A DNA stretch of 55,342 nucleotides from NCBI GenBank assembly GCA_963745235.1, contig CAVUXE010000069.1, positions 1 to 55,342 on the forward strand, given 5' to 3'. The DNA is from an uncultured Spirochaetota bacterium (GTDB lineage: Bacteria > Spirochaetota > Spirochaetia > SZUA-6 > Fen-1364). Positions 10,276 through 19,272 of this stretch are shown piece by piece. Each line of letters begins with the position of its first letter. Within the stretch, counting starts at the first letter, position 1. The position numbers and the translations under genes are program-made. The notes below the pieces were generated by a model that was given only the letters and a program-made list of their open reading frames with translations, searched no databases and had not been told where the DNA came from.

Positions 10276-11744
10276 GCCGGCAGGTGGGCCGCCGCGTGAG
10301 CCACCACGCGGTCGATCTCTTTCATGGTTGCCGAGTCCACCACCGGCTCGGGTTTCTCTTCCCACAGCGAGCGCGCAAGCTCCCTCGCGCGCTCCTCCAT
10401 GCCCTTCGTGCTGGCGCCGTGGGCGGCGTCCCACTTCACCGTCTCGAAGAGGTTGGAGAAAAACAGCTCGTCTCGGAAATGGTCCACGGTGTGCTGCTCC
10501 CCCAGGAAGTTGCCTCCGATGCCGACCTTCTCTATGGTGTCCAGCGCCAGCGTATCGTCGTTGACCTCGATAGGCTTGAGGATCCTCCTCATGCCGCGAA
10601 AGATCTCGTTGTCGATGACGAGCTGCTGCGGAGAAAAAGTTACCGCATTCTCCAGGTGTCCGACCACCCCGATCCCGACCGCCCCCGCGAGAACGGGAAA
10701 CACGGTGCTCATGGTCTTGTCGATGCCGGCCTGGACGTTGACGAAGCAGCTGTCGGTCTTGGCCCCGTGCACGCCGCTGGGGCACCCGTAGTATTCCGAG
10801 ATCATCTGCACCCGGGCTACCAGCAGCGGCATGCGGTCCGCGCTTGCGTAGCGGAACAGGCCGCTCGCCATGTCGCAGTACGAGGGAATGATGTCCACGC
10901 CGACAACCGCGTTCTCATCGATGGCGTAGGCCAGCACGAGCCCGCCGAGGGTTTCCGCCACGCCCACCACGAGGGTGCCTGCGGCCGTGGCGGGCGCGGT
11001 GGCACCGCCGTTGGGCATGGTGTCCAGCGTCTGGGGGAGTCCCCGCTCTATGTACTCCACGAAAATGTCCGCCATGTTGGAATCGAGGCAGAGAGGGGAC
11101 TTTGCTTCCGAGTAGCCCACCAGGATCGGTTCCCTCTTGAGCGCTTCCAGGCCGCCCTTGACGATGGAACCGATCTCGATGAGGTAAGGGACGTCCTCCG
11201 GCCGGAAGGTTTCCACCCCGCCGAACTTCGTCGTGTACTTGGCCAGCTCGGCCGCCATGCGGACCGGGCGCAACCGGAAAGGGACCTCCTGGTCGGACAC
11301 GGGGAGGCCGGTGTAGTCGATGTCGGTGAGCCGGTTCACCAGGTGGATGGACCGGTGCACGTCGTCCATGGTGGCCGGCCGCCGGCGCCCCTGGAAATCC
11401 CATATGTAGACGCAGAAGCCCCCGGCGCTGGTGGTGAAGTCCGGGTGAATGCGGTGCGGCTCCTTGCGGAACCGGATGTGCGCGTAGCGCACCGACATCC
11501 GCGCGGGAAGGCGGTCCGGGTTGTCGTAGGCCCGGCGCATCCGGTCCACGGCGTCCTGGACGATGCGCTTCGGGAACTTCACTACGCAGGACTGCTCGTC
11601 CACGGAGCAGCCGGCCTTGCGCAGATACGCCAGGGCCCGGGTGCTCTCGAAGCGCATGCCCACACGCTCCAGGACGTGCAGCGCGCCCTCGTGGATCCGC
11701 TCCATTTCCGCCATGGACAGCACACGAATCGGTTCCAAGAACAT
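10272..11744 (-). CDS. Trimethylamine methyltransferase (MttB) superfamily protein, non-pyrrolysine
   Basis: IHEGALHVLERVGMRF, GATAPATAAGTLV, QAGIDKT, FSPQQLVIDNEI, TLALDTIEKVGIGGNFL and QHT motifs; no in-frame UAG. Confidence 0.92.
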   Translation of the reverse strand: MFLEPIRVLSMAEMERIHEGALHVLERVGMRFESTRALAYLRKAGCSVDEQSCVVKFPKRIVQDAVDRMRRAYDNPDRLPARMSVRYAHIRFRKEPHRIHPDFTTSAGGFCVYIWDFQGRRRPATMDDVHRSIHLVNRLTDIDYTGLPVSDQEVPFRLRPVRMAAELAKYTTKFGGVETFRPEDVPYLIEIGSIVKGGLEALKREPILVGYSEAKSPLCLDSNMADIFVEYIERGLPQTLDTMPNGGATAPATAAGTLVVGVAETLGGLVLAYAIDENAVVGVDIIPSYCDMASGLFRYASADRMPLLVARVQMISEYYGCPSGVHGAKTDSCFVNVQAGIDKTMSTVFPVLAGAVGIGVVGHLENAVTFSPQQLVIDNEIFRGMRRILKPIEVNDDTLALDTIEKVGIGGNFLGEQHTVDHFRDELFFSNLFETVKWDAAHGASTKGMEERARELARSLWEEKPEPVVDSATMKEIDRVVAHAAAHLPA

Positions 11745-11768
11745 CGACTTCCTCCCGTTGTGCGCGCT

Positions 11769-13022
11769 CTATCGAAGCCGGCGGAGAACCTCGCTCGCGG
11801 TGAGGAGGTTCTTTCCGGAGTGGAACTCCGGGTCCTGGAACTTGCAGGCCGGAACGATGTCCACCGGCGCGCCAGTCCGACCATCGATGTTCTGGAACGG
11901 TCCCCAGTCGGTGCGGGGATTCATATAGGTGCTAAAGTACGTGTCATGAGCCTGGCGGTAGACGTCCAGGAACCGGGAATCCCCGGTCCCTTCGTACGCC
12001 AGGAGCACCGCGAGGATGGTCTCCGGCAGGATCCACCAGGGCATGGTCTCGTTGATCGGCTTCGTGGACTTCGCGTCGATGGTCTTGTAGATGCCGGGGT
12101 GCGCCCGGTTCCAGCCGTGATCGAGGTTCCACCGGATCACCCGGGGAGCTATCTCGTTGACCCGCTGGCGGAGGGCCTCATGCCGTCCCTCCTTCTCCGA
12201 CAGCCGCGAGAACTCCAGCGCGAAGCTGCAGAACTCTATGGCGTGGCCGGGGTCCGCGGTCTCCATCCCGTGCTCGTCGACGAACGGCTCGCCGGCGGGC
12301 GTGACGTACTCCACGAAGGCGCCCCGGTCCGCGCGGTAGTAGCGGTCCAGCAGGTGCGCAGTGAGCTCCGCGCCCACGTCCAGGTAGGCGGCGTCGTGAA
12401 GCTGCTTGGCAAACTCATTGGCGAGGTCCAGGGCCACGGAGAACGGGTTCTCCAGGACCCGGTCCGAGGGCGTCAGGTCCGGTTCCGTGACAAAACGGTT
12501 CTCCCTCAGCGCCTGGACGGTCTCCTGGAATATCTCCCGGGCGGTCTGGATTCTCTTGCGGTCCCCGAACGTGGCGCCGAACTCCAGGAATCCCATCCCG
12601 ACGTAGAGGTCGCTGTAGCTCTTATGTCCCTTGGGCTTGGGCTGGCCCACCACCTTTTCCTTGCCGTCGAGATCCACGAGGAAAGGAAACGAATCGCCGT
12701 TGGACCGGTAGTGTTGCTCCAGCGTCTCGATCACCGCGGCGGCATAGGCATGCAGTTCCCTGGCGAGGTTCGGGAAAAACCGTGAGAACCTTGCGAACAC
12801 GCAGGCGCCCCTGCCGTTGATCCAGGAATAGGAAAGCAGGTCGCTGGCGGCGAACTCCGCGCCCGTGATGGAGTTGTAGCCGGTCTGCACGCCGGGGAAG
12901 TCGGCGAACGTCTGTTTCCTCTGCAGGAAGAACCTGATACGCGCTTCGCAATAGTCCAAGTACTGGCTGCTTGTGGACTCGAGTTTCTTCGGGTCTGCTG
13001 GCGAGACGCTTGGCGGCATCAT
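11769..13022 (-). CDS. AGE family epimerase (N-acylglucosamine 2-epimerase-like)
   Basis: WINGR, PGHAIE, WWILPE and EFH motifs, so both catalytic His positions are present. Start moved to 13022 because the ATG at 13046 overlaps the -10 box and an AAGGA RBS precedes 13022. Confidence 0.87.
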   Translation of the reverse strand: MMPPSVSPADPKKLESTSSQYLDYCEARIRFFLQRKQTFADFPGVQTGYNSITGAEFAASDLLSYSWINGRGACVFARFSRFFPNLARELHAYAAAVIETLEQHYRSNGDSFPFLVDLDGKEKVVGQPKPKGHKSYSDLYVGMGFLEFGATFGDRKRIQTAREIFQETVQALRENRFVTEPDLTPSDRVLENPFSVALDLANEFAKQLHDAAYLDVGAELTAHLLDRYYRADRGAFVEYVTPAGEPFVDEHGMETADPGHAIEFCSFALEFSRLSEKEGRHEALRQRVNEIAPRVIRWNLDHGWNRAHPGIYKTIDAKSTKPINETMPWWILPETILAVLLAYEGTGDSRFLDVYRQAHDTYFSTYMNPRTDWGPFQNIDGRTGAPVDIVPACKFQDPEFHSGKNLLTASEVLRRLR

Positions 13023-13044
13023 GGTTTTGTCCTTTCGTGCGAGC

Positions 13045-13073
13045 ATCGTACCATATGGCTGTTAGTTTGTCAA
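13045..13073 (-). promoter_or_regulatory. Sigma70-type promoter for the catabolic operon
   Basis: TTGACA-N17-TACGAT on the minus strand, with an extended TGn. Confidence 0.75.
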
Positions 13074-13182
13074 ATTATTGGATAATTAAGTCTCATATGT
13101 ACCAATTAAATGTGTCAAAAATCGCTAAAACAGGCATTTTGAGGCTCCATAGTAATGGTTAAAGAAAATATTTCAAAAAAAC

Positions 13183-13221
13183 TTGACGAATACGGACTTT
13201 CATTTATACTGGGCTAAGTCC
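13183..13221 (+). promoter_or_regulatory. Sigma70-type promoter for the transport operon with overlapping inverted repeat
   Basis: TTGACG-N16-TATACT; GGACTT-N16-AAGTCC (13194-13221) brackets the -10. Confidence 0.65.
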
Positions 13222-13281
13222 AAATGGTCACCTGTCTCCCCGTCGGGGAGGGCGTGAGCAAGCGACATTAGGAGGCATCGC

Positions 13282-14538
13282 ATGAGAAACAAGTTCCTTC
13301 TCGTGGCGATCGGTTTTCTGCTGGCTGCCGGCGTGGCATTCGCCGGTGGAGCGGGAGAATCGAAAGCCACCGCTGGCACCACCATCAAGTACATGGCGGT
13401 AGCCGAGCCGATTTCCGATTTCATCCGAACGGAAATCATTCCCGGCTTTACGAAGGAAACCGGCATCAACGTGCAGATCGACACGACGGACTATGTCAAG
13501 CTGCACGACAAGGAGGTGCTCGAGCTCCTGGCAGGCAACTATGATGTCTACCAGATCGACCAGATCTGGGTGAAGAACTACATCAAGAACAAGTGGGTGG
13601 AGCCCCTGGATCCCCTCATCAAATCCGCCAACATCAACGTGGCGGCCTACTATGCCTCCCTGATGTCGATCTGCCAGGACGGGGGCACGACCTACGCGCT
13701 GCCCCTCTCGGCCATCCCCGTCGACTACTACTACAACAAGGATATGCTCGCGGCGGCCGGAGTGCAGCCGCCGGATACGTGGCAGGACGTGCTGGACATC
13801 GCCAAGAAGCTCAACAATCCTCCCGGCCAGTGGGGCGTGGCCATCCGCGGAGAGCGGGGAAACCCGATCACCTGGACGTTCCTCCCCATCTTCTGGTCCT
13901 ACGGCGCCAAGATCTTCGACGCCAACATGAAACCGGTGTACAACAGCCCCGAGGGCGTGGCGGCCCTCACGTTCTTCAAGGAGCTGTACCAGTACTCCTC
14001 CCCGGGCTGGCACAGCGCCCAGGAAATCGCCACCATGATGCAGCAGGGCCAGACGGCGCAGATGACGCTCATGTCCGTGTACAACGCCGCCATGGATGAC
14101 CCGTCCCAGTCCAAGGTGGTGGGCAAGGTGATGTTCAAGGACATGCCCAAGGGCCCGACCGGAAACCGCGCCTCCATCCTGGGGATGTGGACCATCGGCA
14201 TCGGATCCAAGTCCACCAAGAAACCCGCTGCCGCGGCGTTCCTCGCCTACATCTCGCGGCCCGAGATTGCCAAGAAGCTCGCCTTCAGCGGCACCGTGGG
14301 CGCGACCATGCCGGCCACGTACAAGGATCCGCAGGCGCCCCGGTTCTACCCGGTGCTGGGCAGCGTGCTGAACTACGTGCAGGCGCCGCCGCTCATTCCC
14401 GAGGCCGAGCAGTGGTTCCTCAGCTTCGGAACCGCGCTCCAGGACGCGCTGTCGGGAGCCAAGACCCCGCAGCAGGCCATGGATGACTCGGTGGCGGAGA
14501 TCACAAAGGTCATGACGGACGCCGGCTACTACAAGTAG
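13282..14538 (+). CDS. Sugar ABC transporter substrate-binding protein (CUT1)
   Basis: AGGAGG RBS, signal peptide ...AFAGGAGES, YALP...YYNKDML...PPDTW motif. Confidence 0.93.
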   Translation: MRNKFLLVAIGFLLAAGVAFAGGAGESKATAGTTIKYMAVAEPISDFIRTEIIPGFTKETGINVQIDTTDYVKLHDKEVLELLAGNYDVYQIDQIWVKNYIKNKWVEPLDPLIKSANINVAAYYASLMSICQDGGTTYALPLSAIPVDYYYNKDMLAAAGVQPPDTWQDVLDIAKKLNNPPGQWGVAIRGERGNPITWTFLPIFWSYGAKIFDANMKPVYNSPEGVAALTFFKELYQYSSPGWHSAQEIATMMQQGQTAQMTLMSVYNAAMDDPSQSKVVGKVMFKDMPKGPTGNRASILGMWTIGIGSKSTKKPAAAAFLAYISRPEIAKKLAFSGTVGATMPATYKDPQAPRFYPVLGSVLNYVQAPPLIPEAEQWFLSFGTALQDALSGAKTPQQAMDDSVAEITKVMTDAGYYK

Positions 14539-14577
14539 TCGAGCGGTACCGCCTACAGACAGTCGACAGTTGCCTTT

Positions 14578-14618
14578 GAAGAGCCCCGGCCCGGCCGGGG
14601 CTCTTCGCGGACTTTTTT
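14578..14618 (+). terminator. Intergenic stem-loop after the SBP gene (partial terminator or mRNA stabiliser)
   Basis: GAAGAGCCCCGGC-CCG-GCCGGGGCTCTTC perfect 13-bp stem, with a T6 run 6 nt downstream. Confidence 0.7.
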
Positions 14619-14633
14619 CGGAGGTACAAGGAG

Positions 14634-15380
14634 ATGACGCACAAGGTGTGGGATGTCTGCGCCCAGATGGGGACGGGGGACAGGAAAGGTGACGTGCTGG
14701 AATCGGCAATCACCGCGGAGCGCATCCTGGAGAACATGGACGCGGGCGGCGTGCAGCGTTCCGTGATCTATCCCGTCACGTGGAATCACTACGTGGAGAA
14801 ATCCAACCGGGAGATCGCGGATGCCGCGGCGAAGCACCCCGGGCGGTTCATCGGCCTTGCGCGCGTGAACCCCGTCAGCACGGGCGGCATCGCCCTGCTG
14901 GAAAAGGCGCTCAGCCTGAAGGGAATGGCCGGCATCCGGCTGCGCCCGTTCAATGACAAGTTCTCTCTTTCCGACCCCTCGGTGGAGAGGGTCTTCTCCC
15001 TGGCGGAAGAACGGAAAATCCCGATCGCCGTGGACGGGGAGAAGGACAAGGAGGCGTTCGTCTCCCTGCTGAAGAAGCACACGAAGGTGCCGGTGATCCT
15101 GATGCACCTGGGAGATTTCGGGAACTGGGTCTGGCAGAACGGGAAAGCCTACATGGAGCTGCTGGAGCAGGTTCCTCACTTCTACATGGCCACCTGCTTC
15201 GAGATCATCCACTTCTTCCTGGAGGAGGCCATCCGGCGCGCGCCGCGCAAGGTGGTGTTTGGCAGCGACTCCCCGAGCCTTCCTCCTTCCATGGAGCTGA
15301 AGAAGATCGAGGTGATGAAGCTCCCCGACGAGGACCTGGCGCGCGTGGTGGGGGGCAATCTGTCCGGCATTTTCGGTTGA
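14634..15380 (+). CDS. Amidohydrolase family protein (Amidohydro_2-like) with degenerate metal site
   Basis: HPGRFIGLARVNP, LMHLG and FGSDSP motifs; the N-terminal HxH is replaced by C-A-Q. Confidence 0.85.
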   Translation: MTHKVWDVCAQMGTGDRKGDVLESAITAERILENMDAGGVQRSVIYPVTWNHYVEKSNREIADAAAKHPGRFIGLARVNPVSTGGIALLEKALSLKGMAGIRLRPFNDKFSLSDPSVERVFSLAEERKIPIAVDGEKDKEAFVSLLKKHTKVPVILMHLGDFGNWVWQNGKAYMELLEQVPHFYMATCFEIIHFFLEEAIRRAPRKVVFGSDSPSLPPSMELKKIEVMKLPDEDLARVVGGNLSGIFG

Positions 15381-15405
15381 TGCGGCAAGGAAGGAGAGAA
15401 CGCGC

Positions 15406-16137
15406 ATGATCATTGATTCACACGCCCACATGGGCAAGGGCTTCTACATGAATGATCCCATCCAGTCCAACATCCCGCCGGAGAGGGTGCTGAAGATGTC
15501 CCGGGAGGCGGGCGTGGACAAGACCATCATCTTCCCCGTGAACTACCCCGAGTACTCCGGCGCCATGAAGGAGATCTTCGAGGCGGTCCAGAAGTATCCC
15601 AACGAGCTGATCGGCTACGCGCGCGTCAACCCGGAGAACGACAACGCGCTGGACGTGCTCACCAACGCTATCGAGAACTACCACTTCAAGGGTCTAAAGC
15701 TGCACCCTGGCAACGACAAGTGGAAGGTCAACAGCCCGCATACCCGCAAGTGCCTGGACCGGGCCCGGGACTACAAGATCCCCGCGCTGTTCGATCCGGT
15801 GGTCCAGCTGGACGACATCTTCGCCCTCACGCGTGAGTACCCCACGCTGAACTTCATCATCGCGCACATGGGCGGATTCTACGACTGGCAGACGCAGACC
15901 CGCTGCATCGCGCTGGCGGAGGAGCTGCCGAACGTCTACCTGGATACGCCGTTCGCCTTCGTGCACGCCATGCTCAAGGAAGGCGGGAAGCGTATTCCGC
16001 GCAAGATCCTGTTCGGTACCGACGCGCCGGCAATCCACGCCTCGGTGGAGATGGAGAAGATCCGGTCTCTGAAGCTCGGCAAGGCGGTCGAGGAGGACAT
16101 CCTCGGGGGAAACGTCGCGCGCCTGCTGCGGCTATAG
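15406..16137 (+). CDS. Amidohydrolase family protein (Amidohydro_2-like)
   Basis: IIDSHAH, GLKLHP, IAHMGG, PNVYLD and FGTDAP motifs. Confidence 0.9.
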   Translation: MIIDSHAHMGKGFYMNDPIQSNIPPERVLKMSREAGVDKTIIFPVNYPEYSGAMKEIFEAVQKYPNELIGYARVNPENDNALDVLTNAIENYHFKGLKLHPGNDKWKVNSPHTRKCLDRARDYKIPALFDPVVQLDDIFALTREYPTLNFIIAHMGGFYDWQTQTRCIALAEELPNVYLDTPFAFVHAMLKEGGKRIPRKILFGTDAPAIHASVEMEKIRSLKLGKAVEEDILGGNVARLLRL

Positions 16138-16235
16138 GAGAGAGTCTTGAGCGCATGGGGGAATTGTGAGACCCTCAATCCGCCGCCGTCGCCCGGGCCG
16201 GCTCCGAACGGGACAGCGGCGGGGGGGAGTCAGGC

Positions 16236-17144
16236 GTGAGCGCGCGCACCGCATCCAAGGCGGGTTCCGACGGGTGGTTCATCACTGCACTTCTCGCTCC
16301 CGCGGCCATCACCATCTTCCTGGTGGTCCTGGTCCCGCTCGGCTACGCGCTGCGGGACAGCCTCTACCGCATCAACATCTCGATGCTGTACCAGGGGGAG
16401 AAATTCCTCGGCCTCGGCAACTACGTCCAGGCGCTGAAGGACCCTGATTTCTACAACTCCCTGGTGGTGACCACCGTGATCACGGTGCTCGGGGTGGCGG
16501 TGGAGCTTGTCCTGGGCCTGATGTTGGCCCTTCTGCTCAACCGCCCGCTGGAAAGCGTGCACTTCCGCGGCAAGCGCGTGTTCCGCACCCTCGTGATCCT
16601 CCCCGTGATCCTGCCGCCGGTGGTCGTGGGCCTGATGTGGCGGTTCATTTTCCAGTACTCCGGCGTCATCAACTTTCTCCTGATATCCATGGGCCTCCAT
16701 TCAGTGGACTGGACGACTCAGTACACCGGCGTGATCACCATCATCACCACGGTGGTATGGCAGAACGTGCCGTTCTCGTTCCTGCTCATCCTGGCGGGAC
16801 TGCAGTCGGTGCCGCCAGACCTCATAGAGAGCTCCATGGTGGACGGGGCGTCAGGCCGGCAGCGGCTTTTCCACATCTACCTGCCGCTGATCAAGCCCAT
16901 CATCTTCCTCATCCTGACCATCCGGACCATGGACGCCTTCCGGACGTTCGACGAGGCGTTCATCCTCACTGGCGGCGGACCGGGCCGATCCACGGAGACT
17001 GTGAGCCTCTTCATTTACCGCAACTCGTTCTCCTTCTTCGACGTCGGCTACGGGAGCGCCCTCTCCATCCTGCTTTTGCTGCTGCTCATGGTCATTACAG
17101 TGTTCTACATGCGGCTGATCTACGCCGGGCGGGGGGCAAAATGA
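16236..17144 (+). CDS. Sugar ABC transporter permease (MalF-type)
   Basis: FLGLGNY, LAGLQSVP...ESSMVDGAS (EAA loop), LTGGGPG. Confidence 0.93.
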   Translation: MSARTASKAGSDGWFITALLAPAAITIFLVVLVPLGYALRDSLYRINISMLYQGEKFLGLGNYVQALKDPDFYNSLVVTTVITVLGVAVELVLGLMLALLLNRPLESVHFRGKRVFRTLVILPVILPPVVVGLMWRFIFQYSGVINFLLISMGLHSVDWTTQYTGVITIITTVVWQNVPFSFLLILAGLQSVPPDLIESSMVDGASGRQRLFHIYLPLIKPIIFLILTIRTMDAFRTFDEAFILTGGGPGRSTETVSLFIYRNSFSFFDVGYGSALSILLLLLLMVITVFYMRLIYAGRGAK

Positions 17145-17989
17145 CAATCCGACCCGCAATTACCCTCCGACAGGGCGGCCGCCTGCTCGTGCTCTACATC
17201 GGGCTGATTCTGCTCGTCCTGATCATCCTGGGACCGATCCTGTGGCTGCTCATCAACTCGTTCAAGACGAACGTGGATGCTCTTTCCGTCCCGCCCAAGC
17301 TGATCTTCAAGCCGTTGTTCAGCAACTACCCGAAGGTCATCATCCGAAACCCCGACTTCCTGAAGGACTTGATGAACAGCATTGTCACCATGGTCCTCAG
17401 CACGGGCGTCGTGCTGGTGCTGGGCATGCCGGCGGCGTACGTGCTGGCGAGGTTCCGTTTCGTCGGCAGCGTCATCCTGTCTTTCGTCATCCTGGCCACC
17501 CGCATGGTGCCGCGCGTGGCCATCGGCATCCCCACGTACCTGATCATGATGAGGATCGGCGTGCTGGACACGTACTTCGCCGTCATCGTCAGCTTTGTCG
17601 CGTACAACCTTCCCTTCGGCATCTGGCTGCTCATGGGGTTCGTACAGATGATCCCGCGGGAGCTTGAAGAGGCGGCCATCATAGACGGCGCCAGCAAGAT
17701 ACAGGCCTTCCTCCGCATGATCGTCCCCCTGGTCCTGCCGGGGCTTGTGGCCGTGGGCATCCTCGTGATGATCGTCTGCTGGCGGGAGTTCTTCCTTCCG
17801 CTCATCCTCACGTCCCACAACGCCAAGACGATCTCCGTGCTTGCCGGCACGTTCATGACAGAGTACGGCATCGACTGGGGACAGCTGAGCGCGTTCTCCA
17901 TCATCACTTTCCTGCCCGTGATCGCCATCGCTGTGTACGCACAGAAGTACCTGATCAGCGGGCTCACGATGGGTGCGGTCAAGGAATGA
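17141..17989 (+). CDS. Sugar ABC transporter permease (MalG-type)
   Basis: ATGA overlap at 17141; NSFKT, IPRELEEAAIIDGAS and GLTMGAVK motifs. Confidence 0.93.
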   Translation: MTIRPAITLRQGGRLLVLYIGLILLVLIILGPILWLLINSFKTNVDALSVPPKLIFKPLFSNYPKVIIRNPDFLKDLMNSIVTMVLSTGVVLVLGMPAAYVLARFRFVGSVILSFVILATRMVPRVAIGIPTYLIMMRIGVLDTYFAVIVSFVAYNLPFGIWLLMGFVQMIPRELEEAAIIDGASKIQAFLRMIVPLVLPGLVAVGILVMIVCWREFFLPLILTSHNAKTISVLAGTFMTEYGIDWGQLSAFSIITFLPVIAIAVYAQKYLISGLTMGAVKE

Positions 17990-19272
17990 CGGAACGCGGC
18001 GCCGGAGACGGACCGGACACGGCCATGCCGGGACCGGAGGAAAACGGCGGCCGCCGCCCGGTGGACATCACCCAGTACTTCCGGAAGGACAACAAGGAAC
18101 GCTACGCGTCCATCAAGGACATCAACTACGTCAAGATCATGGACCTCATCCACTCCGTGCGTTCCATCTCCCGAAGTGATATCGCCTTCCGCCTGAACCT
18201 CAGCAAAACCACCGTCACCTCCGTGGTCAACCGGCTCATGAGCGACAACGTCGTCCACGAGGTGGGCAAAGGAGACGCGGTCAAGGGGCGCAAGCCCCGC
18301 ATGCTGGAGTTCAACAAGGAGATCAAGGTTTCCGTCGGCGTGGAGATCGGGGACACGGAGTGCATCGGCATCTTGACGGACATGTACGCGCACCCCATCG
18401 ACGACCCCGTCATCACGCCCATCAGCCGCGAGGCCTCCCGTGACGGGTGGAAGGGCCGCACCGCAGTGCTTGAAACCATCCGGCGGCTGACCGAGAACGC
18501 CCAGCACGACACCGTGCTGGGCGTGGGGATCGGCATCCCGGGGATCTACGACGTGCGCCACCACTCCATCCGCATCGCGGAGAGCCTCGGCCTGGAGAAC
18601 TTCTCCACGCGGAAGCTGGAGGAATCCCTGGGCTTCCCGGTGAAAGTCGTCAACCGCGCCAACGCCGCGGCGCTTGGGGAAAAGTGGTACCGCGCGGACC
18701 CCAAGTGCCAGAACCTGCTCTACGTCTCCATCGGGGACGGCGTGGGCGCGGGCATCATCCAGAACGGCCAGCTTCTCATAGGCGCCACCGGAAGCGCCGG
18801 CGAGATCGGGCACATGAACGTCATGCCTTATGGCCCCCTGTGCCGCTGCGGCAGCAGCGGGTGCCTGGAGAGCCTGGTGTCCCGCAACATCATCATCGCG
18901 CGCGCCAAGGACCTCATCCTGAAAAACCGCCACAGCATCCTCCGGAGGGTGGTGGGGGAGCAGGTGGACTCGATCGACCTCGAGGCCATTCTCCGGGCTG
19001 CGCAGGAGGGGGACGAGGACATCATCAAGCTTCTCCAGCAGCAGGCCGAGTACGTGGGGCTCGCCCTGGCCAATGCCATCAGCATGGTGGACCCGCAGGT
19101 GGTGATCATCGGAGGGGAGACCGGCATGCTGTTCGGCGAAATGCTCCTCCCGACGATCACGCGCGTGGTCGCGGAGCGCGCGCGCTACTTCCGGGAGGTT
19201 GAGGTGATCATTTCTCCGCTTGGCCGGCTGGCATCCTGCGTCGGCGCCTCAGCCTACGTCCTTTCCACCTGA
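17986..19272 (+). CDS. ROK family transcriptional regulator
   Basis: N-terminal HTH (ISRSDIA...LSKTTVT, GRKP); GSAGEIGH...CRCGSSGCLE ROK signature. Confidence 0.93.
   Translation: MTERGAGDGPDTAMPGPEENGGRRPVDITQYFRKDNKERYASIKDINYVKIMDLIHSVRSISRSDIAFRLNLSKTTVTSVVNRLMSDNVVHEVGKGDAVKGRKPRMLEFNKEIKVSVGVEIGDTECIGILTDMYAHPIDDPVITPISREASRDGWKGRTAVLETIRRLTENAQHDTVLGVGIGIPGIYDVRHHSIRIAESLGLENFSTRKLEESLGFPVKVVNRANAAALGEKWYRADPKCQNLLYVSIGDGVGAGIIQNGQLLIGATGSAGEIGHMNVMPYGPLCRCGSSGCLESLVSRNIIIARAKDLILKNRHSILRRVVGEQVDSIDLEAILRAAQEGDEDIIKLLQQQAEYVGLALANAISMVDPQVVIIGGETGMLFGEMLLPTITRVVAERARYFREVEVIISPLGRLASCVGASAYVLST

Noticed and set aside
10272-11744. Pyrrolysine (UAG) recoding in mttB
   Set aside because: No in-frame amber codon (the equivalent codon is AAG), and no pyl genes are in the window.
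10269-12785. 838-aa plus-strand ORF
   Set aside because: Antisense shadow of mttB and the AGE gene, expected in high-GC coding DNA; no recognisable motifs.
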